Positions 8,827 through 19,465 are shown, numbered from the stretch's first letter. The stretch: 64,000 bases of DNA from an uncultured Eubacteriales bacterium (GCA_964423315.1 CAYREO010000016.1:1513-65512); one strand, 5' to 3'. Made by a program: numbers and translations. The notes: generated by a model from the sequence alone, not told the origin.

Positions 8827-9870
8827 ATGAAAGATCCGTCCATGAAGACCGTGGCCACCTTCGGGGAGATCATGCTCAGGTTGTCCCCTCCTTTTGGGGA
8901 AAAAATCCTCCAATCATCGGTCCTGTCCGCCCGCTTCGGCGGCGGCGAGGCCAATGTCGCTGTGTCCCTAGCCCGCTTCGGGCACCCTGTGCGGTATCTG
9001 ACGGTCCTGCCCCCGGGGCCTCTCGGGGATGCCGCCATAGGGGAATTGAGAAGGTGGGGGGTCGGAACGGAGCACATCGTAAGGGGGAAAGGACGTCTGG
9101 GGATCTATTTCGCCGAGACAGGGGCCGCGCAACGGCCCTCACTGGTCCTCTACGACCGCGCTTACTCAGCCCTCTCGCTGGCCGGTTCGGGCGACATCGA
9201 TTGGGGCCGGGCGCTGAATGGCGCTGAGTGGCTCCATGTTACCGGTATCACGCCGGCCGTCAGCGGCCGGGCGGCCGACCTGACCTTGGAGGCCGTGCAG
9301 GCCGCCAAAGCCGCAGGGCTTACCGTATCCGTTGATCTCAATTACCGCGCCAAGCTCTGGAAATACGGCAAGGCCGCTCCCGAGGTCATGACCGGGATTA
9401 TGGAGCACGCCGATGTCGGCGTGGCCAATGAGGAGGACTGCCAGAAGGCCCTCGGGCTCGAAGCGTCGGGGATTCCCGGAGGAGGAACGCTTGAGCTCGG
9501 GACTTACGAAGAATTGACCCGGCGCGTTATGGATCGTTTCCCGCGTTTGTCCCGGATGGCAATCACCCTGAGAACCAGCCACAGCGCGGACCACAACGGA
9601 TGGAGCGCCGTGATGCGGACCCGGAACGCCTTCCTCGTCGGGCCCCGTTATGAGATCCGTGACATCGTCGACCGTATTGGCGGGGGGGACGCTTTCGCCG
9701 CCGGACTTATCCACGGGCTTGACGTCTCTGAGGACGACACAGAGGCCCTGGCCTTCGCTGTCGCCGCCTCCTGTCTCAAGCATTCCCTGACTGGCGATTT
9801 CAATCTCTCGGACGAGAAGGACGTCCTCAATCTCATGAGGGGAGATAGCTCGGGGCGGGTCCGCCGCTAG
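8827..9870 (+). CDS. kdgK: 2-dehydro-3-deoxygluconokinase (PfkB family)
   Basis: N-terminus VATFGEIMLRLSPP is characteristic of KdgK. PfkB C-terminal motif DRIGGGDAFAAGLIHGL (anion hole/ATP site). Confidence 0.75.
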   Translation: MKDPSMKTVATFGEIMLRLSPPFGEKILQSSVLSARFGGGEANVAVSLARFGHPVRYLTVLPPGPLGDAAIGELRRWGVGTEHIVRGKGRLGIYFAETGAAQRPSLVLYDRAYSALSLAGSGDIDWGRALNGAEWLHVTGITPAVSGRAADLTLEAVQAAKAAGLTVSVDLNYRAKLWKYGKAAPEVMTGIMEHADVGVANEEDCQKALGLEASGIPGGGTLELGTYEELTRRVMDRFPRLSRMAITLRTSHSADHNGWSAVMRTRNAFLVGPRYEIRDIVDRIGGGDAFAAGLIHGLDVSEDDTEALAFAVAASCLKHSLTGDFNLSDEKDVLNLMRGDSSGRVRR

Positions 9871-9886
9871 AGGCTAAGGAACAAGC

Positions 9887-10525
9887 ATGGACAAGGACCG
9901 CGTGCTGGATATCATCCTATCCACCAAGGTCATCGCTGTCATCCGCATGCCAAATGCCGATGCGGCGGGACCGGTCATCACAGCCCTCCGGGGAGGCGGG
10001 ATCAAGGCCATTGAAGTAACCATAACAACGCCCCGGTCCCTCGAGCTCATCGCCTCTTTGGTCAAGAGCGGGGTGACAGACGCAGTCGTCGGCGCGGGCA
10101 CCGTTCTCGATGAGGCCACGGCCGTGGCCGCCATTCACGCCGGAGCGGAGTTCTTGGTCTCCCCGGTCACCCGGCCGGCGATAATCGAGGCCTGCCGGCG
10201 GTACGATCGCGTGGTCGCACCCGGGGCCTTCACTCCGACCGAGGTCATCACCGCCTGGGAGGCCGGTGCGGACATCGTCAAGATCTTCCCGGCGACGTCC
10301 GTCGGCCCAGGCTACTTCAAGGATCTCAAGGGGCCTCTCCCCCGGGTCCGCCTCATGCCGACCGGCGGCGTTACCTTGGAGAACGCCGGAGATTTCATTC
10401 GAGCCGGCGCCTGCTGCGTCGGGGTCGGGACGGCCCTTCTGGATAGGAAGGCCATCGCGGAAAAAGATTGGCAGGCCCTGTCGCACAGGGCCCGAACCCT
10501 TATCGAAAGCGTGGCTAAGATATGA
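9887..10525 (+). CDS. eda: 2-dehydro-3-deoxy-phosphogluconate (KDPG) / KHG aldolase
   Basis: Blocks VIAVIRMPNADAAGPVITALRGGGIKAIEVT, LVGAGTVLD, EFLVSPV, PGAFTPTEV and GADIVKIFPA match the Eda family. Its stop overlaps the next gene's ATG (ATGA). Confidence 0.9.
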   Translation: MDKDRVLDIILSTKVIAVIRMPNADAAGPVITALRGGGIKAIEVTITTPRSLELIASLVKSGVTDAVVGAGTVLDEATAVAAIHAGAEFLVSPVTRPAIIEACRRYDRVVAPGAFTPTEVITAWEAGADIVKIFPATSVGPGYFKDLKGPLPRVRLMPTGGVTLENAGDFIRAGACCVGVGTALLDRKAIAEKDWQALSHRARTLIESVAKI

Positions 10526-11805
10526 AGACACGAACACAAACCATACTCGAAAACGCCCGGGCCTGCGAACCGGAGTGCATGAACTGGCAGGCGCCCGTCG
10601 TCTGGGACCACGGCAGGGGGGCCGAACTCTGGGACGTCGAAGGGCGGGCCTACATCGATTGGACCTCCGGCGTCCTGGTGGCCAATGTCGGCCACGCCCA
10701 TCCCCACCTTGCCGAGGCCATCAGCCGGCAGGCCGGCCGCCTCCTTAACACCTACGACTTCCCGACACCGGAGCGCCTGGCCCTATCCCAGAAGCTCATC
10801 AACCTGACCCCGGCCCACCTGGACAAAGTCTTTTTCCTGAGCACGGGATCGGAGGCGACGGACGCCGCCATGCGCATCGTCAAGCGCCACACAGACAAAT
10901 TCGAGATCCTGGCGTTCTGGGGAGGCTTCCACGGACGCAGCTATGGCCCGATGAGCGTTTGCGGGAACATGAGGATAAAACGGGCCTTCGGGCCCATGGT
11001 CCCGGGGGCAATCTTCGCTCCTTATCCTTATTGCTATCGGTGCCCCTTCGAGAAATCCTTTCCTGAGTGCGACCTTTTCTGCCTGGGCTTCCTGGACAGG
11101 ATCCTGGAGGTGGAATCCACGGGGAGCTTGGGAGGATTGATCGTCGAGCCCTATCAGGGCGCGGCCGGCTTCATCTTCCCGCCACCCGGCTATCTGAAGC
11201 GCTTGGAGAAATGGGCCAAGGAAAGAGAGATCCTCATCATCCTCGACGAGATCCAGTCGTCCTTTGGAAGGACTGGGAAGCTCTGGGCCCTCGAGCACGA
11301 GTCCCTTGAACCCGACGTCCTCTGCTTGGGTAAGGGGATCGGGAGCGGGGTTCCCATCGCCGCCCTCTTGGCGCGCTCCCAAATCATGGGATCCGTAGGC
11401 ACCGGGGAGATGTCATCGACCGCCGGGGGGAATCCCTTGAGCTGCGCCGGGGCCCTGGCCGTCTTAGAGATCATAGAGACAGAGGACCTCGTGACGAAAG
11501 CCGCGGTCAATGGGGCTTATCTAGGCGAGCGTCTCCGGCGGCTGGCCAAAAAGCACCGGACGATTGGCGACGTTCGTGGTATGGGGTTCGTCTATGGATT
11601 GGAATTCGTTCTCGATCGCAAGACCAAGGAACCGGCCCCTGACTTGACCCGGGACATCGTGCTCAAGTGCGTTGCCTCAGGTCTGATGTGCGGGAAGCTC
11701 GGCCTTCACGGCAATGTCATGAGGGTCGCCCCTCCCCTGGTCATCACGCCCGAACAAATCGAGCGTTCGGTAGACATCCTCGACGGCGTGCTGGCCCGGC
11801 TATAG
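10522..11805 (+). CDS. Class-III (omega-type) PLP-dependent aminotransferase
   Basis: DEIQSSFGRTGKLWALEHE matches the class-III consensus DE[VI]QTGFGRTG. Also GKGIGSGVPIAA and the N-terminal YIDWTSGVLVANVGHAHPHL. Translationally coupled to eda. Confidence 0.85.
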   Translation: MKTRTQTILENARACEPECMNWQAPVVWDHGRGAELWDVEGRAYIDWTSGVLVANVGHAHPHLAEAISRQAGRLLNTYDFPTPERLALSQKLINLTPAHLDKVFFLSTGSEATDAAMRIVKRHTDKFEILAFWGGFHGRSYGPMSVCGNMRIKRAFGPMVPGAIFAPYPYCYRCPFEKSFPECDLFCLGFLDRILEVESTGSLGGLIVEPYQGAAGFIFPPPGYLKRLEKWAKEREILIILDEIQSSFGRTGKLWALEHESLEPDVLCLGKGIGSGVPIAALLARSQIMGSVGTGEMSSTAGGNPLSCAGALAVLEIIETEDLVTKAAVNGAYLGERLRRLAKKHRTIGDVRGMGFVYGLEFVLDRKTKEPAPDLTRDIVLKCVASGLMCGKLGLHGNVMRVAPPLVITPEQIERSVDILDGVLARL

Positions 11806-11819
11806 GTCCGCAGCCCCCG

Positions 11820-12608
11820 TCAAAGGGGAATCCGTTCGGCGAAGAACTCCTTGAGGATCTCCCGGAGGGGGTCGGTCCCGGCCGGCGCGAATCCCAATGG
11901 ATTGTGGCGCCGCCAACCCTCGGCATAGGCGAATCGCCCGGACATCCGGCCGACCTCTCTCGTCATTTCCTCCATGGCCGAGAGATAAGAACCGAGCTTC
12001 TGGCTCCGGTCGAGCCAGTCCTGCTGGCTGGCGTGACGGGAGAGCATCGCAGTTTTCCTGTCCATGACCCCCCCGATGTCGATAAAATAATCAGGAAGGA
12101 CAGGACGGTCCATCATGTCTCTCAGGCCATAGGGAAGAGCATGGTAAAGGACGATCTCGTCGAGGAACGGCCCTTGGGGCGGATCGGTGACGAAGTTCAC
12201 CATCCCTCGGACGAAAGCGGCGGTGACCGTGACGCGGGCTGCGTTCATGTGGTCTTCCATGTAATCCTCGAGAGATAGCGTCAGGACCATTCGGGGCCTG
12301 ACCTCCCGGATCCGAGCGGCCATCCTCCGAACGAGGCCCGGCGAATAGAAAACATCCAGGTCGTCGACGAGGCTTTCGTGGTAAACCGCTCCCAGGATCG
12401 AAGCCGATTCCTGGGCCTCCTGGCGGCGGATGCGGACGATGGACTCCCGGTCATGGACCTTGGTCCCGCAGCTCCCGTTGGCGATGTTCATGATGTGAAT
12501 CTCGCATCCCCGGTCATGGAGCCGACAGAGTGTCCCGCCCATCATGAATTCGATATCGTCCGGGTGGCAACCGACAGCAAAGACTCTCAATGCATCTCCA
12601 CATCGCAA
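11820..12608 (-). CDS. PIG-L/LmbE-family N-acetylglucosaminyl deacetylase
   Basis: [17 protein letters not shown] (HPDDxE zinc motif) with LmbE-like fold signatures. Overlaps the upstream NagB-like gene by 22 bp. Confidence 0.8.
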   Translation of the reverse strand: MRCGDALRVFAVGCHPDDIEFMMGGTLCRLHDRGCEIHIMNIANGSCGTKVHDRESIVRIRRQEAQESASILGAVYHESLVDDLDVFYSPGLVRRMAARIREVRPRMVLTLSLEDYMEDHMNAARVTVTAAFVRGMVNFVTDPPQGPFLDEIVLYHALPYGLRDMMDRPVLPDYFIDIGGVMDRKTAMLSRHASQQDWLDRSQKLGSYLSAMEEMTREVGRMSGRFAYAEGWRRHNPLGFAPAGTDPLREILKEFFAERIPL

Positions 12609-13516
12609 GAGCCGATGCCAGGCCGGAAATAATTGAACTGGACTTCGGGATGATCGGCCAGGAGAGACATAGGAACGGAGGAATCCGGGAGCCGCTTGGA
12701 GATCATGAACGCCGTCAGTCGGATGCCGAAGGGATTATCGTGGTTCCCGTAATGCCAGATCGAGACCTTGTCGGATTTCCAGGTCTCGACCGGCCCGACC
12801 GTGACCGCCCGGGTCGGGATCTTGCTGACAACTCCTCCGCCGGATGTCCGGGCATTCTGAATGAGGGTGACAGGGTGGAGGTCAACAACCCGCGCCTTTA
12901 ACTTGCGGTATTCCGCGGGAGACGGCGGCTCTTCGAGGAAGCAGCCATCTCTCTTCACGGGGTCGTTGAAGGCCCAGTGCTTGATCTCGCCCTGCCCTCC
13001 TTGCATGATCGCGCATCGGGCCTGGTCGAAGCTCTTTGAATATTCTTCCAGGCTCTCGATGCCGGGGAAGTGGAGGTTCTCGGGAGGAGGGGCCAGCTTC
13101 GGATCGATCCGGTCGAAGCAAAGCTCCATGTCGGCCCGGGCGAAACTCAGGGGGTGGCTGCGTCCGACCTCCCGGTCGCCGATGACCCACTCGTCCATAC
13201 CCCAGAAGTGCGCGTGACGAAGATCGAGCCCCAGGGCGTTGACGAGCATCGCCACCAGAGGCAGCTGCTCGGTCGGCCCGATGGGGCCACAGACCCCCGC
13301 CGGATGCGAGGGAGTCGCTTGGCGCCATGCCTCGATATATTCGAGGGCTTCGGCCATATAGAAAGCCTCCCGAGTGTCATAAATCCGGATCGTAAAGCCC
13401 GGCCGGGACAGCTGCTCGATGTCCCGCACGGTCAGTCGCATGGCGTCCTCGAGGATCTTGTCGTCCAAAGTCGTATAATCCCACCAGCCCGGCGCCAAAG
13501 CGCTCATTTGTCTCAT
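12587..13516 (-). CDS. Glucosamine/galactosamine-6-phosphate deaminase-like (NagB/6-phosphogluconolactonase superfamily) protein
   Basis: HFWGMDEWV resembles the NagB active-site block (nmDEYvG). [13 protein letters not shown] and [10 protein letters not shown] blocks also match. Start chosen at MRQMS (ATG at 13516), preceded by GGAGAA RBS. Confidence 0.5.
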   Translation of the reverse strand: MRQMSALAPGWWDYTTLDDKILEDAMRLTVRDIEQLSRPGFTIRIYDTREAFYMAEALEYIEAWRQATPSHPAGVCGPIGPTEQLPLVAMLVNALGLDLRHAHFWGMDEWVIGDREVGRSHPLSFARADMELCFDRIDPKLAPPPENLHFPGIESLEEYSKSFDQARCAIMQGGQGEIKHWAFNDPVKRDGCFLEEPPSPAEYRKLKARVVDLHPVTLIQNARTSGGGVVSKIPTRAVTVGPVETWKSDKVSIWHYGNHDNPFGIRLTAFMISKRLPDSSVPMSLLADHPEVQFNYFRPGIGSCDVEMH

Positions 13517-13611
13517 GATGTTCTCCTTTCCTCGGTCATTTCCGGTTCCTGAGAGGGGCCCCGCTCGCTTTACGGCCACTCTCAAAACAGCTAAGATGGG
13601 ATGGTTGTCCC

Positions 13612-14274
13612 ATGCACTATACTAATAAGACCAGCTCGCTCCATGTCCGCTACGGAGCCGACCCGCCTTCGATCTCCGATCCGGGGGCGTGGCGCGCCCC
13701 ATCCGATGCCGTCATCGAGCGCTATCCCTGGGCACCAGACGGCTACACGCCCCGCGTTGAGGTTCGCATCTATCGGTCCGAGAATTTCCTGTCGCTTCAT
13801 TTCAAAGCGTACGAACGGGTCATCCGGGCCCGCTGCACCTCGTTCCAAGATCCGGTCTATGAAGACAGCTGCGTGGAGTTCTTTTTCGATCCCTTCCCGG
13901 ACAGGGGGATCGGCTATGTCAATATCGAGGCCAACGCTCTCGGCACCATGCTCATCGGGCTCGGCCCTGAACGGTCGGGGCGCCGGCCTTTGTCGCGAGA
14001 TGAGATCGCCGGTTTCGAGGTCGCGTCCTCGGTGTCGGCCCCCCTGGAGGGCGAACACGGGAGCGACGCCTGGTGGGTTTCCTACCGGATCCCCGCCGCG
14101 TTCTTCGAGCGCCTTTACGGCGAGAGGATTCGGTCCGGGATCACCGGCCGCGGCAATTTCTATAAGTGCGGGGACGCCGCCAGCCCTCCCCACTATGGGT
14201 GTTGGGCACCGATTCGCCATCCCTATCCCGATTTCCATTTGCCCCGCTTCTTCGGCCTCCTCACTTTCGAGTGA
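13612..14274 (+). CDS. CBM9-like (carbohydrate-binding family 9 / DOMON-like) domain protein, no obvious signal peptide
   Basis: [11 protein letters not shown] and [27 protein letters not shown] resemble the CBM9_1 consensus (LYvaf.v.D, D.vE.FidP). Paralogous to 53041..53811 and to the N-terminus of 57504..59633. Confidence 0.55.
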   Translation: MHYTNKTSSLHVRYGADPPSISDPGAWRAPSDAVIERYPWAPDGYTPRVEVRIYRSENFLSLHFKAYERVIRARCTSFQDPVYEDSCVEFFFDPFPDRGIGYVNIEANALGTMLIGLGPERSGRRPLSRDEIAGFEVASSVSAPLEGEHGSDAWWVSYRIPAAFFERLYGERIRSGITGRGNFYKCGDAASPPHYGCWAPIRHPYPDFHLPRFFGLLTFE

Positions 14275-14424
14275 CCTGTTCTCCGTCTTTTCCCCCCGGG
14301 TCCCGGAGGTCCCGGAACATCTGCGTCAGCTCCCTCAGACCCCGGACGACGATCAGCACCGACAGGGCGGTGAAAGCGACCAGACTAAAGACGACGAGAC
14401 CTGTCCAGCCGGCGACCCATGCGG

Positions 14425-15891
14425 TCATAACGATACCCCCTTCAGGCGGGGTCGGACGGCCTCGTGGAGGATCGATCCCAAGACCATGCCCGCTAGGGCT
14501 AGGACGAAACTCCCCCAACCCAACAAGGACGCGTTGGGCGAGCCGGGTATGAAATAGACGAGAGGCGGGACAGCTCCCAAAGTGAACGCCGCGTAAGCCC
14601 CGCCGGACCGAGCCTTCTTCCAGTACAGCCCCAGGGCCACGGCAACGAGGGTGCCGGGCACAAAGAGCATGATGGTCATATTGAGATAGAAATAAAGATA
14701 GCCCTCGATCCTGTGGAACAGGGACCACCAAATCAGGAAAAGCATCAGGGCCGTCAGGCAGACCCGGCTGACGACGAGCTGGGACTTTGAACTCATCTCG
14801 CGGCCGGTGAATTGCCGGACGACGCTGCCGATCAGATCCTGTGAAATGACCGAGCTCCAGGAGAGGAGATAGCTGGCATAGGTCGACATCGAAGCCGCCA
14901 GAAGGGCGCCCAGGAGCAGGCCCAGCCATCCGTGGGGCGTAATCCGGGCCAACATGGTCGGCAGGGCGGTCAACGGGTCCTCGACTGGGCCGAGGACGGC
15001 CAGGGCCACAACACCCCAGAAGATCGGCAGAACGGCCCGCGACAAGAACATAAAACTCGACCAGGTGAAGATCTTCCGTCCCGTTCGGCTGTCCTTGGCG
15101 CTGAATATGCGCATGGCAACGACCTGCCAGCTGGTCAGCACGGCCGTCCAGAGAAGGATCTGCCAGACGATGAATCCAAGCCCGAACTCCCCTTTGAGAA
15201 GCGAGGGCGTGAATGGATTCAGGCCCTTGGGTCCGAGTGTGGACTCCACGGCGTCAATGATCCGGGGCAACCCGATCTTGAAGAGGCCGAACAGGGTGAT
15301 GGCGATCATGCTCAGGCTGAGCAGGACGTACTGGATATAATTGGTGACGATGACCGAGACCATGCCTCCGACAAGGGTGTAGATGAGGACCACGGTCAGG
15401 AGGACGGTCATCGTCAGGAGCAGATGGTCCTCCGAGATCCCGGTGACGATGTTGATGAACCGGGCCTCGACCCCCGGGAAGACTCCGAAATTCAGGACGC
15501 CGCCGATGGCCATCAAGAGCCCGGCGTAGAACCGCACTCCGCGTCCGAACTTACGGTCGAAGAACTCCGGAAGCGTCCGGATCTTCATGTCGAGCAGAGG
15601 CTTCAGGATGAATCCTGTCCGGCCGATGAACAAGAAGACGGCGAACGGGGCCAGGCCGACGATCAGGGCCGCGAAACCGGCGTTGTAGCCCAGCTCCGCA
15701 AAGTACATATAGGTGATCATCCCGATCTCGGTGCACATCAGCGAGAGCAGACCGAGATGGAAGCCCATCGACCGGCCGGCCACGAGGTAGTCGTCGATGC
15801 CCTTGACGTACTTCTTGACGACGAAACCGGCGTAGAAGACGCCTCCGACATAGAGGACGACGAACAGTCCGTCAAGAAGACTGAGGTTCAT
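14425..15891 (-). CDS. Sodium:solute symporter family (SSF) transporter
   Basis: About 13 TM segments. SSF blocks DYLVAGRSMG, GYNAGFAALIVGLAPF, MLARITPHGWLGLLLGALLAASMSTYASYLLSWSSV. Start set at MNLSLLDG (ATG 15891), which overlaps the DegT stop (ATGA). Confidence 0.8.
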   Translation of the reverse strand: MNLSLLDGLFVVLYVGGVFYAGFVVKKYVKGIDDYLVAGRSMGFHLGLLSLMCTEIGMITYMYFAELGYNAGFAALIVGLAPFAVFLFIGRTGFILKPLLDMKIRTLPEFFDRKFGRGVRFYAGLLMAIGGVLNFGVFPGVEARFINIVTGISEDHLLLTMTVLLTVVLIYTLVGGMVSVIVTNYIQYVLLSLSMIAITLFGLFKIGLPRIIDAVESTLGPKGLNPFTPSLLKGEFGLGFIVWQILLWTAVLTSWQVVAMRIFSAKDSRTGRKIFTWSSFMFLSRAVLPIFWGVVALAVLGPVEDPLTALPTMLARITPHGWLGLLLGALLAASMSTYASYLLSWSSVISQDLIGSVVRQFTGREMSSKSQLVVSRVCLTALMLFLIWWSLFHRIEGYLYFYLNMTIMLFVPGTLVAVALGLYWKKARSGGAYAAFTLGAVPPLVYFIPGSPNASLLGWGSFVLALAGMVLGSILHEAVRPRLKGVSL

Positions 15892-17162
15892 GTCCTGCGG
15901 GCGAAAGCCCCCCCCACCTTCCGAAAGGCCTCGATCATCATCCGGACATGCTTCTCCTCGTAAACTGGATGGGTGAAGAAGGAGATCGTCCGGTCCGTCA
16001 GCCAGTGGGCCGTCGGGCAAGAGACCGTCGAGTAGTCGATCATCCGGGCCGAAGGGTCCCGGAAGGGGTAATTAGCCCTGCCGAAGCCCATAGGCTTCAA
16101 ATACGCGGCCTCCTTGTACATCTCGGGCCAGAGGACGGTATAGGCGGGGACGCCCTCGGCATTGATGGCCGCCACGAACTCCTTGGTCGAGACCGAAAGG
16201 CGGTCCGTGTCGAGGACAAAGGGGCACCACCAGAAGGCGTTCTTTCTCTCTTCGGAGTCCGGCGGGATGTGCAGGACCAGCGGGTGGTCCTTGAGAGCTT
16301 CGATCAGCTGCCGGCCGTTGCGACGGCGGTTGGGCAGGTTCCACGAGTCGAAGCGGGCCAGCTCGGCCAGCCCAATCGCCGATTGGACCTCCGTCATCCG
16401 GTAGTTGAAGCCGACCTGGGAATGGATGTACATCAGCTTGGATTCCAGATCGAGGAGGTTCATCCGTTTCTTGACATCATAGCCATGGTCCCGGAACGAC
16501 CGGCAGCGCCAGGCCAGATCCTCGTCGTCGGTGATGATGGCCCCGCCTTCCCCTCCGGTCGTGAAATGCTTGCTCTGACAGAAGCTGAAGCACCCCACAT
16601 CACCGATCGTCCCCACCTTCTTCCCTTTGTACTCCCCGCCGGGGGCCTGGGCGCAGTCTTCGATGACGAACAGGCCGCGGCGGCGGGCGATGTCCATGAT
16701 GGGGTCCATATCGGCCACGATCCCGTAAAGATGAACGACGATGATGGCCCGGGTCCGGTCGGTTATGCGCTCCTCCACGGACTTCGGCGAGATGACATGG
16801 TCGTAACCCGTGTCGGCGAACACCGGCAGGGCCCCGGCCTGGAGGATGCAGAAGCTCGAGGCGATGAACGAGTAGGACGGGCAGATGACCTCATCCCCGG
16901 GTCCGATGCCCAGAGAGGCGACCGCCGTGTGGAGGGCCGCGGTCCCGTTCGACGTGGAGATGCCGAACTTGGCCCCGTTGTATTCCGCCCAGGCCTTCTC
17001 GAATTCCATGCCCAAGGGCCCCGTCCAGTAGTTCACGCGCCCGGAGCGGAGGACCTCCTGGGTTTTCCGGATGCCATCCTCGGACAGGCTGGGCCACATG
17101 GGGAACGGCTCGCGGGCGATCCGCTCGCCGCCGTTGAGGGCCAATTCAATTTTCATGCTCAC
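15888..17162 (-). CDS. DegT/DnrJ/EryC1/StrS-family PLP-dependent sugar aminotransferase
   Basis: FSFCQSKHFTTGGEGGAIITDD (Lys-PLP block), YNGAKFGISTSNGTAALHTAV and RAIIVVHLYG are diagnostic of the DegT family. Confidence 0.9.
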   Translation of the reverse strand: MSMKIELALNGGERIAREPFPMWPSLSEDGIRKTQEVLRSGRVNYWTGPLGMEFEKAWAEYNGAKFGISTSNGTAALHTAVASLGIGPGDEVICPSYSFIASSFCILQAGALPVFADTGYDHVISPKSVEERITDRTRAIIVVHLYGIVADMDPIMDIARRRGLFVIEDCAQAPGGEYKGKKVGTIGDVGCFSFCQSKHFTTGGEGGAIITDDEDLAWRCRSFRDHGYDVKKRMNLLDLESKLMYIHSQVGFNYRMTEVQSAIGLAELARFDSWNLPNRRRNGRQLIEALKDHPLVLHIPPDSEERKNAFWWCPFVLDTDRLSVSTKEFVAAINAEGVPAYTVLWPEMYKEAAYLKPMGFGRANYPFRDPSARMIDYSTVSCPTAHWLTDRTISFFTHPVYEEKHVRMMIEAFRKVGGAFARRT

Positions 17163-18247
17163 GCTCCTTCAGGGATAGGGATTTTCGCGCCACCCGTCCG
17201 GGCCGAGGCATACGCGGCCAAGACGAGACGCAGATTGTGGACGGCCTCGCGGCCGTCTCTGCGGTCACCGCCAAGGATGGACCGGGCGTGGCCAGCGATG
17301 ATATGGCGGTAAATGTTGTCGACCTCGTCCAGCCGGACGATCGTCGCGGCGTGACCGTCATCCAGCTCGAGGTCCAGGGCGACAGGCTCCCCGGCGTGCC
17401 CGGAGAGTTGGAAGAGGGTCCCCCGCGCCCGGAGGGTTCCCTTTTCGCCGTAGATCTCATAACCGAGGTTCCTCAAAGTACCGGCCAGCCCTCCGCGCGG
17501 CTCGGCAAAGGAGACCCGGATGGTGCCCTCAAGGCTGCGCGTCTCGAAGCGGATCGACGCGCCGTCCTCGACGCGGGTGGCCAGGGTCTTCGGCGTAAAG
17601 GCCGCCCGCACCGCTCGGATCGTTTCGCCGATCAGGAATTCCGCCATGTACAGGCAATGGCTGCCAACATCGCCGATGGGACCGCCGAGTTCTTCGGGAC
17701 GATCGCATCTCCAAGTGCGAGCTTCCTCGGGCGTTGCACCGTATAGGAACTCCATGTGCAGGCAGATATCATTGATCCTTCCCAGAGCTCCGCTTGCGAC
17801 CATCTCCCGGGCCCTGCGGTTGTAGGCGTTGGCCGTCATCATGTGATCGACGGCCAGGGAAAGCGACCTTTTTTCGGCGACTGAGACGAGCTCTTCGGCG
17901 TCCTCCAGCGAGGTCGCCGCCGGCTTCTCGACGAGGACGTGTTTGCCCGCCTCCATGGCCCGCATTCCCAACGAATAGTGCGAGGAGTTCGGAGTGGCGA
18001 TGAATACGGCGTCGACGGCCGGGTCCTCGAAGATCTCCTCGGCCGTATCCCGCCAAGGGATCCCCCACCTTTCGGCTGCTTGTCTCCGCCCTGGATCAAC
18101 ATCCGTGACGGCCGCGAGCTCGGCCTCGGGAAGGAGGGGGAAGCGAGCCGTGTCCAATGCAAATCCCTCCCGGGCCAGCCGGTTCTCGGCGATCCCCCCG
18201 AATCCGATGAGGGCGTAACGGATCTTTTCCATAGACTTTCCCTTCAC
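17159..18247 (-). CDS. Gfo/Idh/MocA-family NAD(P)-dependent oxidoreductase
   Basis: N-terminal Rossmann IRYALIGFGGIAENR and VDAVFIATPNSSHYSLGMRAMEAGKHVLVEKP consensus. Confidence 0.85.
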   Translation of the reverse strand: MKGKSMEKIRYALIGFGGIAENRLAREGFALDTARFPLLPEAELAAVTDVDPGRRQAAERWGIPWRDTAEEIFEDPAVDAVFIATPNSSHYSLGMRAMEAGKHVLVEKPAATSLEDAEELVSVAEKRSLSLAVDHMMTANAYNRRAREMVASGALGRINDICLHMEFLYGATPEEARTWRCDRPEELGGPIGDVGSHCLYMAEFLIGETIRAVRAAFTPKTLATRVEDGASIRFETRSLEGTIRVSFAEPRGGLAGTLRNLGYEIYGEKGTLRARGTLFQLSGHAGEPVALDLELDDGHAATIVRLDEVDNIYRHIIAGHARSILGGDRRDGREAVHNLRLVLAAYASARTGGAKIPIPEGA

Positions 18248-19461
18248 CCGCCCTCCCTCCTGACAGAAGTGAGGCCGTCCTCGGCGCCTATCCAGATCCG
18301 CGACCGCTCATCCCACCGCGCATCGGCCTTCTCCCAGGGAAGTTCGGCGACAGGAAGCTCCTCGGCATCCTTGAGAACGGCGTCCCAGCCGCCGACCCCG
18401 CTCGTGGCGTCCAGGGCGGTCAGGTTCTGGCGCCCTGCGCAGGACGCAAGGCGGGCGGCGTCCTCCGGGTCGAGCCCGCGAAGCATGGCGGCCAGGAACC
18501 CGCCGATGCTGGTATCCCCCGCCCCGGTCGCGGAGAGGATGGTCTCGATGGCAAAGGGCGGCGCCCAGATCTCCCGATGGTCCCAGGAGCCGGCTCGGGC
18601 CGGCGTCCGGGCCTCGAGAGTGCCCGACGAGGACAGCCCACCCGTTCTAAGATAGAGGCCGCGGGCGCCGCACTTCAGAAGGACGGCCCCGCATCCCATA
18701 GCCAGAAAGTCCCGGGCGATCGAGCGGTGGTCGGCAAATGACAGGGAATCGGTGAAGCTCGGGTGGTCGCGCTTGCGTCGAAGCGTCCTCTCCGGATCAA
18801 GGAAATACAGAGCCTCTTCAAGGCTGGGGGTGAAGATGTCGACATAGGGCAGAACCGAAGCGAGGACGTCACGCCACGGCACGCGCCCCGATTCGCTGTC
18901 GGGATCGGGCAGGGATGTGTCGAGCGACGTCACAACGCCCAGACCGCGCACCCTCCGGAAGACGGCCGCCAGCTCCCGCCCGGCGCCACGGAACAGGGCC
19001 CGCATCAGAGGCGGATATCCGAAATGGAACGCCCGGCAGCCCGCCACAAGCCCGTAGTCTAGGCTTTCCGAGGAGAAAGTGTCGTTGCAGCCCGGGTAAT
19101 GGAGGATCATCCGATCGATGCCCGGAAAAGCCAGGATAATGGAATAGGAGCTTCCCATCCGGGACGTAACCTTGACCCCTCCCGTTTCCCCGTACTTTTG
19201 GAGCAACCGGACGGTAATCTCCCCGAAGCCGTCGTCACCGACCTGGGACATGAACAGGACCTTCATCCCCAGCTTTTTGAGGACGATCCCGGTGTTGGAG
19301 ACGGCCCCCCCCGTGCTGAAGGCGGCCGGTCCGACGTTCAGAAGCTTGCCCGGGGCCAGCAAAATGGAAAGGTCCTGAGATCCCTTGGGGGGAATCTCCG
19401 GGGTGAGATCGAGACAGAGGAGCCCGGCCGCCGCCACATCCCAACGAAAGTCTTCGGTCAT
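18244..19461 (-). CDS. PfkB-family carbohydrate kinase
   Basis: PfkB motifs GGAVSNTGIVLKKLG and ATGAGDTSIGGFLAAML. Start set at MTEDFRWDV (ATG 19461), giving an 8-bp overlap with the upstream gene. Confidence 0.7.
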   Translation of the reverse strand: MTEDFRWDVAAAGLLCLDLTPEIPPKGSQDLSILLAPGKLLNVGPAAFSTGGAVSNTGIVLKKLGMKVLFMSQVGDDGFGEITVRLLQKYGETGGVKVTSRMGSSYSIILAFPGIDRMILHYPGCNDTFSSESLDYGLVAGCRAFHFGYPPLMRALFRGAGRELAAVFRRVRGLGVVTSLDTSLPDPDSESGRVPWRDVLASVLPYVDIFTPSLEEALYFLDPERTLRRKRDHPSFTDSLSFADHRSIARDFLAMGCGAVLLKCGARGLYLRTGGLSSSGTLEARTPARAGSWDHREIWAPPFAIETILSATGAGDTSIGGFLAAMLRGLDPEDAARLASCAGRQNLTALDATSGVGGWDAVLKDAEELPVAELPWEKADARWDERSRIWIGAEDGLTSVRREGG

Positions 19462-19465
19462 CGAT

